From assembly GCA_040768745.1 (NCBI GenBank), contig JAXGMI010000001.1:1216001-1280000 (forward strand): a DNA stretch of 64,000 nucleotides, read 5' to 3'. Below are positions 29,409 through 40,384 of this stretch, one piece after another. This DNA comes from Desulfomicrobium sp. GTDB taxonomy: Bacteria; Desulfobacterota; Desulfovibrionia; Desulfovibrionales; Desulfomicrobiaceae. A program made the translations under genes and the position numbers. The notes under the pieces were generated by a model. That model did not search any database. It was not told where the DNA came from and worked only from the letters and a program-made list of their open reading frames with translations. Every line of letters begins with the position of its first letter. Position 1 is the stretch's first letter.

Positions 29409-29435
29409 TTGGCACTCTCAAGGTCGAAGTGCCAA
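29409..29435 (+). promoter_or_regulatory. CIRCE element (HrcA operator)
   Basis: TTGGCACTC-N9-AAGTGCCAA versus consensus TTAGCACTC-N9-GAGTGCTAA, directly upstream of groES. Confidence 0.85.
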
Positions 29436-29483
29436 GAATAGTACCTATACGGAAGAAATTCTTAAACATCTTGGAGGAAAAAC

Positions 29484-29774
29484 ATGAAGCTCAGACCTCT
29501 GCACGACCGTATTCTGGTCAAGCGTCTCGACGAGGAACAGGTCACCAAGGGTGGCATCATCATTCCCGATTCCGCAAAGGAAAAGCCCATCAAGGGTGAA
29601 GTCGTTGCCGCCGGTCCCGGCAAGACCGCGGATGACGGAAAGCTGATCGCGATGAACGTGAAGGTTGGCGACAAGGTCATCTTCAACAAGTATGCAGGAA
29701 CCGAAGTGAAGATCGACGGCGATGAAATGCTCATCATGCGCGAAGACGACATTCTTGCTGTAATCGAAGCCTAA
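29484..29774 (+). CDS. groES: Co-chaperonin GroES
   Basis: [14 protein letters not shown]...[13 protein letters not shown]...KYAGTEVK. Confidence 0.98.
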   Translation: MKLRPLHDRILVKRLDEEQVTKGGIIIPDSAKEKPIKGEVVAAGPGKTADDGKLIAMNVKVGDKVIFNKYAGTEVKIDGDEMLIMREDDILAVIEA

Positions 29775-29780
29775 ATTTAA

Positions 29781-31430
<1,650 letters not shown>

Positions 31431-31447
31431 TCCCCCCTTTCACACAG

Positions 31448-31480
31448 ATGAAAAAGGCCGGCTTTCCGGCCTTTTTCATT
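31448..31480. terminator. Bidirectional Rho-independent terminator after groEL
   Basis: ATGAAAAAGGCCGG-CTTT-CCGGCCTTTTTCAT. Confidence 0.85.
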
Positions 31481-31602
31481 TCTTGGGTCCGGGCTGAGAA
31501 TATCTCAACCGCAGGCACAGGACCTCGCGCCGTCACAGACACCCTCTCCCAGATATCCGGTCTTGAGTTAGCAGTCTGGCACCTGGAGGAATAGGCCCAG
31601 AT

Positions 31603-31791
31603 CTATTTATCGACAATTTTACACTCTGGGTTGGGGCACCACCATTCCTCGCCATCCCCGGAGATGGCCTTCACTTCGTTCGACTCAAGCATGGCGGCAG
31701 ATTGGCCGTCTAATTCTTTGCATTTTCGACCGGTGAGCTTCTTTTTGTTGTCTCCGGCCAGGGGCAGCTTCTGCATTTGTTTTTCCGACAT
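31603..31791 (-). CDS. Small hypothetical protein (62 aa)
   Basis: Strong RBS AAGGAGG 6 nt before ATG. C-terminal GDGEEWWCPNPEC motif. Confidence 0.6.
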   Translation of the reverse strand: MSEKQMQKLPLAGDNKKKLTGRKCKELDGQSAAMLESNEVKAISGDGEEWWCPNPECKIVDK

Positions 31792-32181
31792 GGCAAACCT
31801 CCTTGGAATTGCAAACTATATAATGATATGCACTGGAGCGCAGGAAGACAACATGGTGCGGATGGGGCAAAATCTGGCCATAGAAGGCTGACCTTGGTTG
31901 ATATCTTTCCTCGTCTATCGGGAAACAGGCATCAGGTTGTACTCCCCGCCTTGGAGCGGTGGCATGGATGGTCATGGATGCTGCCGAACTTTCGAAAGGA
32001 CAGTCGCCGGGCCACGCGTAACAAGTCAGGCAACTCCGGATCGATACGACAAAATGTGCAGGTTCATGGCTCGTGAGGCTGGAATTTGAGGGCAGGAGCC
32101 AATTTTTTGTTTGTCATTCGGCCTGCAGTGATTAGTAGCTGTCAAAGAGAAAGAGAGAAAGTATTTCAGGAGGAAACACTC

Positions 32182-32454
32182 ATGAAAAATATGAATACAC
32201 TCTTGCACTTCATGCGCTATTTCGAACCACACTGCATTGAGAACGCTGGTCAGAAAGTCTGTTATGTATCCGCCCTGGAATATCCGGATAAGGACGAGGC
32301 CTTGGAAGCCCTGGGCGGCAACGGGTGGATTGCCAGTGGACCAAGTAATATTGAGCTCAAATACGCCGGGTTGGTGCGGACTGATGACGGCGAGAGGTGG
32401 CAACTGACCGATGAGCAGTTGCCGGGGTCATATCCTGTCTGGGAAGCCAGATAA
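32182..32454 (+). CDS. Hypothetical protein (90 aa)
   Basis: RBS AGGAGG upstream of ATG 32182. First gene of an apparent three-gene unit ending in msrA. Confidence 0.55.
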   Translation: MKNMNTLLHFMRYFEPHCIENAGQKVCYVSALEYPDKDEALEALGGNGWIASGPSNIELKYAGLVRTDDGERWQLTDEQLPGSYPVWEAR

Positions 32455-32483
32455 ACGTCACGTGAATGCAGACGGAGGGACGG

Positions 32484-32954
32484 ATGCGACGAGTCATGCA
32501 GCTGTTGCTGTGCGGGGTGTTTTTTGTTGTTCTGTCCGGATGCGCGCATCTGGGACGACCTGTGGAACCACCCACTGTGCGCCTTGTCAATATCATGCCT
32601 GCCGGGAGCTCCCTTTTCGAACAGCGTTTGCGCCTGACCTTGCGGGTGACCAACCCCAACGAATTCGCCCTTTCCTGGAGCGGTTGCAAGGTGAACACCC
32701 GTTTCAACGACATGGATTTGCTTCCGGCCGTATCCAAGGAAAACGGCTCGGTGGAGGGTCTTGGTGAAGCGGAAATAAAGGTCGAAGCGACCGTCTCGAC
32801 TTTCGATGTTCTGCGGCAGATCATCAGCCTGAAGGGCGGTCAGGGCAAGCTGGCCTACGACATGGACGGGGTGCTGTTCCTCAGTGGCCTTCGCGCGGGG
32901 CAGATGCCCTTCACCTCCAAGGGGACACTCTGGGATTCCGGGGCTGTCAAATAA
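32484..32954 (+). CDS. LEA type 2 / WHy domain lipoprotein
   Basis: Lipobox LSGC; PPTVRLVNI...LFEQRLRLTLRVTNPN. Confidence 0.8.
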   Translation: MRRVMQLLLCGVFFVVLSGCAHLGRPVEPPTVRLVNIMPAGSSLFEQRLRLTLRVTNPNEFALSWSGCKVNTRFNDMDLLPAVSKENGSVEGLGEAEIKVEATVSTFDVLRQIISLKGGQGKLAYDMDGVLFLSGLRAGQMPFTSKGTLWDSGAVK

Positions 32955-32963
32955 GGAGAGGCG

Positions 32964-33566
32964 ATGCGCGCGGTTTTCTTTGCAGCTGTTATGGTTGTTG
33001 TGTTGTCAGGAGGGAGTATGAGCGCACAAACCAGGGAAGCCGTTTTTGCGGGCGGATGTTTCTGGTGTTTGGAATTGCCTTTTGACGCCCTGCCCGGAGT
33101 ACTCGAAACCGAAGTCGGCTACACAGGGGGTTCTGTGCCCAACCCCACTTACGAGATTGTCTCCTCCGGAACCAGCGGACATGTGGAGGCGATCCGGGTG
33201 GTCTATGATCCGCAGAAGGTCGATTTTGCGGGCCTGCTGGACGTGTTCTGGCGAAATATCGACCCCACAGACGGTGGAGGGCAGTTCTGTGACCGCGGTC
33301 CGCAGTACCGTTCTGCAGTGTTTGTTGCAGGAGCCGAAGAGGAGGGGACGGCGCGCGCATCCATGGAAAGTTTGGCCCGGGTCAAGGGGCTGAAGATCGC
33401 GACAGAGATCCTGCCCAAAACCACGTTCTATCCTGCCGAGGACTATCATCAGGACTATTACAAAAAGAATCCCATCAGATACCATTTTTATCGCCAGGCC
33501 TGCGGGAGGGATCAGCAACTGAACCGGATCTGGGGCGAGGGGGCGGGGTCTGATAAAACCCCCTGA
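32964..33566 (+). CDS. msrA: Peptide-methionine (S)-S-oxide reductase, exported
   Basis: FAGGCFWC, VGYTGG..PNPTYE.V, GQFCDRG.QYRS, FYPAEDYHQDYY. N-terminal signal peptide. Confidence 0.95.
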   Translation: MRAVFFAAVMVVVLSGGSMSAQTREAVFAGGCFWCLELPFDALPGVLETEVGYTGGSVPNPTYEIVSSGTSGHVEAIRVVYDPQKVDFAGLLDVFWRNIDPTDGGGQFCDRGPQYRSAVFVAGAEEEGTARASMESLARVKGLKIATEILPKTTFYPAEDYHQDYYKKNPIRYHFYRQACGRDQQLNRIWGEGAGSDKTP

Positions 33567-33641
33567 TGGCGAGCCGTTCAACGGCCCCCAAGGCAGGTCA
33601 TCTCCAGGTGGAGGTCCTGCCTTTTTTCGTGCAGAGGCCGA

Positions 33642-35774
33642 TCATTCCTCATGCAATTCACACTCGCTCATGAAGCCTCTGCCATAGCGGGCCCAGATGT
33701 CGAGCGCCATGTTCAGGGGTTTGACCATGGGCACGGTGTAGGTGTGGAAACGATGGGCATAGAGGGCTTCCCGAAACCGGGCCATGTGGGTGGACAGCCC
33801 GCGCGGAGAGACAATGAAGGGTTTTGGGGTTGCGCGTCGGAATTCCACGAGCCGCTCTGGCAGATATTCTGAGAGGTAGGGGACCTGCAGGTACACTGCG
33901 GCCATGATCACGTCCGTGTTCGGGTCGTCGGCGATGATTTCCAGGGCACGAATCAGGCGGCGGTCGTCGCAGTTGCCGAAGAGGTCCATGGGGTTGTTGC
34001 CAATGTTGACGAGCATGAGTTCCAGATCGTCAGGGCGGGCGGCCTTGACGTTCTCCCGCAACAGGTCTTGGAGCCGTTGCCGGGTTTGGGGGGCGAAGTT
34101 GGCAAGTTCCATGCCTTCGGCAGTGATCTGGTCCGCCAGCAGTACTGCCGCGCCTCCGCCCACGCTGACCACGGCCGTTCGCTTGCCCATGGCCGGGGGC
34201 TGCGTGGTCAGGATGGACAGGACATTGACCATGATCTTGGGGTCCTCGGTCAGCTCCTCTATGAGATAAAATCCAGCCTGGGAGCAGCAGGCCCGGAAGG
34301 CCTCGTGGCTACCGGCCAGAGAGGCTGTGTGGGACATGGTCGCCTCGCGGCCCCCGCCGGAACCACCCTTGATGATGATGACAGGCTTCTGGGCCGAGAC
34401 CTTTTTCCCCACTTCCATGAGTTTGAGACCCTCGGACAACCCCTCAAGATAGATGGCGATGATACTGATGCGCGGATCTTGATCCATGTGGGCCAGGATT
34501 TCGGCCACACCGACGCTGCTGGAGTTGCCACAGGAGACCCATTTGCCCATGCCGACCCGATCCGCATGGAGCATTTCCATCAATTCCAAACCAATGCCGC
34601 CACTCTGTGAAATGATTCCAATACCGTTCTGTTCTCGGATGACTCCGGTGCGGTGGTCGGGAATGAACATGGTGTTCACGCCGGAAAAATTGTCGATGAT
34701 CCCCAGGCAGTTCGGGCCGATATAAGCCACATCGTGGGCGAGGCTCAGTTCTCGCAGTCGATCTTCCAGTTCCCTGCGGCCTGATTCGGCGAATCCGTCG
34801 CTGATGACAATGGCCCCCTTGCCTCCGGCCTGGCAGAATTTCTCGAATTCCCGCACAACGGTTTCGGAATTGACCACGAAGACGGCCAGATCCGGCACCG
34901 CTGGCAGGCTGGCCAGATCAGGGTAGCAGGTCATCCCCTGCAGCGATGTCACACGAGGGTTGATGGGATAGACCGTGCAGCGGCGGCGCAAGTTCTTGAG
35001 CACGATACCGCCTACAGTCCCGGTGTTGGAAGCCCCGAACACGGCTACGGACCCGGGATTGAAAATGGTTTCCAGGCTCCGCATTTTGCCCGGAGAAACA
35101 TCGGTTTGTTTCGGATAATGCACGGGGTCGCCGACAATGACGCGGGCATCGACCAGGGCAAAGCCTTCTTCATAGACGATTATCGGGTTCAGATCGAGTT
35201 CGTGAACCTCTGGATGCTCGCTCATGAGGCGGGAAACGTTCACGGCCAGCCGGATTACTGCGTTCTTGTCCAGGGAGGGGCCCCGAAATCCGTCCATGAT
35301 GCGTCCGGCCTGGGTTCTGGCCAGCATGCCGCGCACGTCATCCTCGTTCAGCGCGCCGATGCCTGGCATGACATCGGCAAGGAGCTCCACCAGCCTGCCG
35401 CCCGAGCCGACCATGGTCATGGGACCGAAACTCGGATCCTGTGTGGCGCCGATGAGGATTTCCAGGCCTGGCCGGACCAAGGGCTGAATCAGCAGCCCTT
35501 CCGGCTCATTGAATCCGGCCACGCGGATATTCTCCAGCATACGGTCGTGGGCCGCGCGCAGGTCGGCCTCGCTGAAAATATTCAGGAATACGCAGCCAAC
35601 GTCGGTCTTATGGAGGATCTGGCTTGAAACAGCCTTCAGGACCACGGGAAAGCCCATGGCCCGGGCTGCCTTCACTGCCTGGTCCAGAGTTCGGAGCCCA
35701 CGACCCAGGACAGGAATATCATATTGCTTCAGTAAGTTGCGACTCTGTTCAAAATCGAGCTGCTGCGGGGTCAT
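33642..35774 (-). CDS. ADP-forming acyl-CoA synthetase (acetate--CoA ligase family), single chain with the ATP-grasp domain first
   Basis: GFPVVLKAVS..ILHKTDVG, ELDLNPI, then FNPGSVAVFGAS, YPINP, IGPNCLG, ISQSGG, SHTASLAG. Confidence 0.85.
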   Translation of the reverse strand: MTPQQLDFEQSRNLLKQYDIPVLGRGLRTLDQAVKAARAMGFPVVLKAVSSQILHKTDVGCVFLNIFSEADLRAAHDRMLENIRVAGFNEPEGLLIQPLVRPGLEILIGATQDPSFGPMTMVGSGGRLVELLADVMPGIGALNEDDVRGMLARTQAGRIMDGFRGPSLDKNAVIRLAVNVSRLMSEHPEVHELDLNPIIVYEEGFALVDARVIVGDPVHYPKQTDVSPGKMRSLETIFNPGSVAVFGASNTGTVGGIVLKNLRRRCTVYPINPRVTSLQGMTCYPDLASLPAVPDLAVFVVNSETVVREFEKFCQAGGKGAIVISDGFAESGRRELEDRLRELSLAHDVAYIGPNCLGIIDNFSGVNTMFIPDHRTGVIREQNGIGIISQSGGIGLELMEMLHADRVGMGKWVSCGNSSSVGVAEILAHMDQDPRISIIAIYLEGLSEGLKLMEVGKKVSAQKPVIIIKGGSGGGREATMSHTASLAGSHEAFRACCSQAGFYLIEELTEDPKIMVNVLSILTTQPPAMGKRTAVVSVGGGAAVLLADQITAEGMELANFAPQTRQRLQDLLRENVKAARPDDLELMLVNIGNNPMDLFGNCDDRRLIRALEIIADDPNTDVIMAAVYLQVPYLSEYLPERLVEFRRATPKPFIVSPRGLSTHMARFREALYAHRFHTYTVPMVKPLNMALDIWARYGRGFMSECELHEE

Positions 35775-35961
35775 GCGCTTCTCCTTGGATGAGTATTGTG
35801 CATCATCATGAAGGGCTGTCCCTTTTTTGGCAAGGACCGAGGTGGTCTGCTTTTCGCAGTCGCCCCGTTGTCTTGCTGCGCGGATGAGACGCGTTGCGGG
35901 AACCAGCCTCTTACAGTAGATCTGCATGCATTCCGCTCCTTCGTTTCCCGTGGAGAAGCCC

Positions 35962-38925
35962 ATGCCCTGCACCTCGGTCCTGAATCCCGTGGCCCAAGAC
36001 TCCGAATTCCGGAAATTTCATGATCTCATGGCCCGTAAGGTCCAGAACATCCTCCTCGTGTCCACGGCGTACGATGCTTGGGTCATGGAGGAGGACTGTA
36101 AGCTGTCTGAACGCATCGTGTCCGAATACCGCGGTTTGAACCTGAGCCGTCCGCCGCGCCTGACCTGGGCGTCCAGCGCTGAAGAGGCCCTGGATTGCCT
36201 TGCCAACCGCCCTTTCGAGTTGATCATCCTCATCCCGCAGATGACCGGAGGTGAGTCGATGGGGTTGGCCCGGCGGATCAAAGGCCTCAACCTGGGTATC
36301 CCTGTCTATCTTCTGGCCCACCGCGAGATCACTGAGACCCATGACCGTCAGGTCGAAGGCATTGACCAGCATTTTGTCTGGACCGGGAATGCGGATTTGC
36401 TGGTGGCCCTGGTTAAATACGCGGAAGATTTCATGAATGCGGATTTCGACACCAAGGCGGTGGGTGTCAGGGTCATTATCGTGGTCGAGGATTCGCCGGT
36501 CTATCTGTCCAGCCTGCTTCCCGCCCTGTACCGGGAACTGGTGGTCCAGACCCAGGACGTCATCCGGGAAGGCCTCAACCAGGAACACCGCCTGCTGACC
36601 ATGCGCTGCAGGCCCAAGATTCTGCTGGCCCGCACCTATGAAGAGGCTTTGGCCCTGTTCGAGAAGTACGAACCATTTGTCCTTGGTATGCTTTCGGACG
36701 CGTGTTTGCCTCGAAGGGGAGAGCTCGATCCGGAGGCAGGAGTGGATCTGTTGCGCACGGTCGGGACCAAACGCTTCGACATCCCGCTGCTTCTGATGAG
36801 CAGCGAGCCCGAAAACAAACGTCGCGCAGAGGACATATCCGCCACCTTCGTGGACAAGAATGCCCCCACCCTTCTGGCTGAGGTCCGGCGTTTCGTGCTG
36901 GAGCGGTTGGGGTTCGGCGAATTCATCTTCCGGCGGGCGGATGGGGAGGAGATTGTCCGGGCCGGGAATCTCTTCGCCCTGGAGGAGAGGTTGCAGGCCG
37001 TCCAGGCGGAGGTACTCATCCGCCACGCCCGGCTCAATGATTTTTCACGCTGGTTCTACGCCCGCACCGAATTCGAGCTGGCTGAACGGCTTCGCCCCAT
37101 GACAGAGCAGGATTTCTCCTCGCCTGAGCAGCTGCGAGGCAGTCTTGCAGAGATGATCCGCGCCCGCCGGGAACTGCGCCAGCGGGGAATCATCGCCAGC
37201 TTCAGCCCTGGAGATTTCGATCCGGCCACAGATTTTTTCAAAATTGGCGAAGGGTCACTGGGAGGAAAGGGGCGGGGTCTGGCATTTCTCTACTCCCTCA
37301 TGAGCCGGCTGCCGGCTCTGCGGGACAAATACCCGCAGGTTGATTTTGTCATGCCCAAGACCCTGGCTTTGGCCACCGAATGCTTTGATGGCTTTCTGAA
37401 GCGAAACGGTCTGAAGAGTTTTTCCCGCATGGACGTCTCCGACAAAGAGGTGTTGGTCCAGTTCGGGAAGGGCAGTTTTTCCAGACGCCTGAGGCAGCAG
37501 CTCGGGTCCTATCTCACCCATGTCCAGCGCCCGTTGGCGGTGCGCTCGTCGAGCCTGCTGGAAGACGCCCAGTTCCAGGCCTACGCTGGTCTCTATTCGA
37601 CCGTGATGCTTCCCAACAACAACCCAGATCTTCAAATCAGGTTGCAGGAACTCCTTCTGGCCATCAAACATGTCTATGCCTCGACCTTTTTTCAAGCCCC
37701 CAAGACGTTTTCCCGCCGTGTCAGCCTGCGCACCGAAGAGGAAAAGATGGGCGTGCTCATCCAGCAGGTCGTGGGTGAGGAATATGGGGGGTATTTGTAC
37801 CCGGCTATTTCCGGGGTAGCCCAGTCCTACAACTATTATCCTTCCGGGCGCATCAAGCCCGAGGATGGAGTGGCCACCATCGCCATGGGTCTGGGGAAGA
37901 CAGTGGTTGATGGCGGTCAGGCGCTGCGCTTTTCGCCCAGGCATCCCCATGTTCTGCCCCAGTGTCTGACAGTGGAACTGGCCTTGCGTACGACCCAAAC
38001 CGATTTTTACAGTCTTCCGCTGCATGGCCGGCCCTGGCCGGACACGGATTTCCTCCTTTCACGGCGGAACATCGTAGAGGCGGCAGGGGATGGGCCATTG
38101 GATCTCGTGTCATCGACATTTCTGGCGGAAGAAAGGCGCATCCGGGATACAACCTCCATCCCTGGCCAACGGGTTCTCCTCTTTGCCCAGGTCCTGAAAC
38201 ACAGAACCTTGCCCCTGGCCGAGATCCTGTGCGACCTGTTGGCCGTCGCCGAAGGGGCCATGGGCTGCCCGGTGGAATTGGAATTCGCCTGCAATCTCTA
38301 TAAGGACAAGACCCGCAAGCCGAATTTTTCCCTTTTGCAGCTTCGTCCCATGACCGCCCGGGCCGCGATGCATCGGGTGACAATCACGGGCCCGGACCGG
38401 GAGAAGGCTTTCTGTATTTCCTCCCATGCGCTGGGCAATGCGGAAAAAAGTGATGTGAGCGACATTGTTTTTGTGTCTCCTGAAACATTCGCCGTGGACC
38501 GAACGGTCGAGATTGCACGGGAGATTGCAGATATGAATGCCCGTCTGACGGCCGCGGGACGTAAGTATCTCCTGGTCGGACCGGGAAGATGGGGTTCTTC
38601 AGACCGCTGGCTGGGCATACCGGTTGGCTGGAATGACATCTGCGGGGTGGCAGCCATTGTCGAGACCACTGTGTCCCAGTTGCGGGTCGAACCATCTCAA
38701 GGGTCTCATTTTTTTCATAATATTACGACATTGGGCATCAACTACATCATGGTTTCCGGCAAAGAAGGGGAACGATTTGACTGGGAGTGGCTGGAAGGGA
38801 GGGCCGGGGCGGTCCGGAATGGACACGTCGTCCACGTTCGTTTGTCGAAACCTCTGCTCATCAAGGTGGATGGCCGGACGTCGTGCGGCGTTATCCTTCC
38901 TGACGAGGGTCTGGAGGAGCAATGA
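35962..38925 (+). CDS. PEP synthase/PPDK ATP-binding (PPDK_N) domain protein with N-terminal receiver-like domains
   Basis: IGEGSLGGKGRGLAF, PLAVRSSSLLED, EKMGVLIQQVVG, MGCPVELEFA, GPGRWGSSD, SQGSHFFHN. No C-terminal PEP-binding barrel is evident. Confidence 0.8.
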   Translation: MPCTSVLNPVAQDSEFRKFHDLMARKVQNILLVSTAYDAWVMEEDCKLSERIVSEYRGLNLSRPPRLTWASSAEEALDCLANRPFELIILIPQMTGGESMGLARRIKGLNLGIPVYLLAHREITETHDRQVEGIDQHFVWTGNADLLVALVKYAEDFMNADFDTKAVGVRVIIVVEDSPVYLSSLLPALYRELVVQTQDVIREGLNQEHRLLTMRCRPKILLARTYEEALALFEKYEPFVLGMLSDACLPRRGELDPEAGVDLLRTVGTKRFDIPLLLMSSEPENKRRAEDISATFVDKNAPTLLAEVRRFVLERLGFGEFIFRRADGEEIVRAGNLFALEERLQAVQAEVLIRHARLNDFSRWFYARTEFELAERLRPMTEQDFSSPEQLRGSLAEMIRARRELRQRGIIASFSPGDFDPATDFFKIGEGSLGGKGRGLAFLYSLMSRLPALRDKYPQVDFVMPKTLALATECFDGFLKRNGLKSFSRMDVSDKEVLVQFGKGSFSRRLRQQLGSYLTHVQRPLAVRSSSLLEDAQFQAYAGLYSTVMLPNNNPDLQIRLQELLLAIKHVYASTFFQAPKTFSRRVSLRTEEEKMGVLIQQVVGEEYGGYLYPAISGVAQSYNYYPSGRIKPEDGVATIAMGLGKTVVDGGQALRFSPRHPHVLPQCLTVELALRTTQTDFYSLPLHGRPWPDTDFLLSRRNIVEAAGDGPLDLVSSTFLAEERRIRDTTSIPGQRVLLFAQVLKHRTLPLAEILCDLLAVAEGAMGCPVELEFACNLYKDKTRKPNFSLLQLRPMTARAAMHRVTITGPDREKAFCISSHALGNAEKSDVSDIVFVSPETFAVDRTVEIAREIADMNARLTAAGRKYLLVGPGRWGSSDRWLGIPVGWNDICGVAAIVETTVSQLRVEPSQGSHFFHNITTLGINYIMVSGKEGERFDWEWLEGRAGAVRNGHVVHVRLSKPLLIKVDGRTSCGVILPDEGLEEQ

Positions 38926-39065
38926 TATCATGGGCATCGTCCATGCCGACATGAAAAAGAAGGCTTGCTTTATGCGTTCCTGTGTGACCAAAACGCAGGC
39001 CGCATCGCCTGCAGAGAGAGTGTCTCCGCAGTGTGTAAACATCAACCCTGATACTCGGGTATCCT

Positions 39066-39617
39066 ATGAATGTAACGTTGACTGATATCCCCGGCGTGCT
39101 GCTCATAAAGCCGAATGTCTTCGGCGACCATCGCGGCTCTTTTTGTGAAACCTATAGCCGTCGCCAGTTTGCCGCCCATGGCCTGGACATTGATTTTGTT
39201 CAGGACAATCAAGTTATTTCTACAAGAGCTGGTGTATTGCGAGGACTGCATTTTCAAATTCCGCCCATGGCCCAGGCCAAGCTTGTGCGGGTGACCAGGG
39301 GCGCGGTTTTTGATGTGGTGGTGGACCTGCGCAAGGGCTCGGCTACATTCGGCAAGTGGCAGGGGTTTACCCTGTCAGCAGAGAATTTTCTTCAGCTTCT
39401 GGTTCCCAAGGGCATGGCGCATGGGTACATGACCCTTACCGGACATGTGGAATTTCTCTACAAGGTGGATGCTCCTTATGCCCCAGGGCACGAAGGAGGA
39501 ATTCGCTGGAACGATCCTGATCTGAACATCGCGTGGCCTGATCTGCCGCCAATCCTCTCGGACAAGGACCTGCGCCTGCCGCTGTGGGCAGAATCGGGGA
39601 TTCAGTTTTCCATTTGA
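39066..39617 (+). CDS. rfbC: dTDP-4-dehydrorhamnose 3,5-epimerase
   Basis: FGDHRGSF, FVQDN, GVLRGLHFQ, QAKLVRV, DVVVDLRKGS, P.GMAHG, LSDKD. Confidence 0.95.
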   Translation: MNVTLTDIPGVLLIKPNVFGDHRGSFCETYSRRQFAAHGLDIDFVQDNQVISTRAGVLRGLHFQIPPMAQAKLVRVTRGAVFDVVVDLRKGSATFGKWQGFTLSAENFLQLLVPKGMAHGYMTLTGHVEFLYKVDAPYAPGHEGGIRWNDPDLNIAWPDLPPILSDKDLRLPLWAESGIQFSI

Positions 39618-39823
39618 ACGTGAGATGCATTGTCGATCATTCAGGTGGGAATAGTCCGTTTCGCCACGGAAATCTTCGTCTTTCGAGGGGGTTATTCCTA
39701 TTCGGAAGATCGTGATTTTTTTCATTATCTCTTGACACGGGCAGACCCTCTTGAATACAGAAGGGCAATTATTCTGAGGGATTTTTTTCATATCTCATTT
39801 CAACGCGGTAGGAGGAGAGGACT

Positions 39824-40366
39824 GTGGCAAAATGCAAAAGCTGCGTGGTGCTGCCATTCCTGGTCGGCTTGGTGGCATCGATCGTGCTTGGTTGGTGGGG
39901 CTTCCCCAAAGTCCTGTACAGTCAGAAGGCCCAACCCATCCGGTTCGATCACGTCGTGCATGTGGAAGGCCAGGCCATGGCATGTGAGGATTGTCATGCG
40001 TTTCGGGAGAATGGCTCCTTCACCGGGTTGCCTACCAATGCAAATTGTGTCGGGTGTCATGAGGACGTCCAGGGGGAGGATCCAGAAGAGGCCCGTTTCG
40101 TAACCGAGTACGTGCAGAAGGAAAAGGAAGTGGAATGGCTGGCCTACCAGAAACAGCCAGATAACGTGTACTTCTCCCATATCGCGCACAAGGAAAAATT
40201 TGAGTGCAAAACGTGTCACCACGATGTGTCCACGATGAGCACCCCGCCCGTCTACCATGAAAACAGGCTCTCGGGCTACAGCAAGGACACCATGAAGATG
40301 TGGCAGTGTGAAGAATGCCATGCCAAGAATGGCGCCAGCAACGCCTGCTTTGTGTGCCACAAATAA
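39824..40366 (+). CDS. qrcA: Qrc complex multiheme cytochrome c subunit
   Basis: N-terminal TM, QPIRFDHVVH, five CxxCH motifs, QPDNVYFSH. Confidence 0.9.
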   Translation: MAKCKSCVVLPFLVGLVASIVLGWWGFPKVLYSQKAQPIRFDHVVHVEGQAMACEDCHAFRENGSFTGLPTNANCVGCHEDVQGEDPEEARFVTEYVQKEKEVEWLAYQKQPDNVYFSHIAHKEKFECKTCHHDVSTMSTPPVYHENRLSGYSKDTMKMWQCEECHAKNGASNACFVCHK

Positions 40367-40384
40367 GAGAGGAGTGGATTTACG

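Noticed and set aside
31975..32040. c-di-GMP-I riboswitch-like TTCGAAAG segment
   Set aside because: Lacks the GGCAAA...GACGCAAA core and the second stem.
32964..33566. MsrA as a possible second selenoprotein
   Set aside because: The active site is an ordinary GCFWC with Cys codons; the TGA is at the natural C-terminus.
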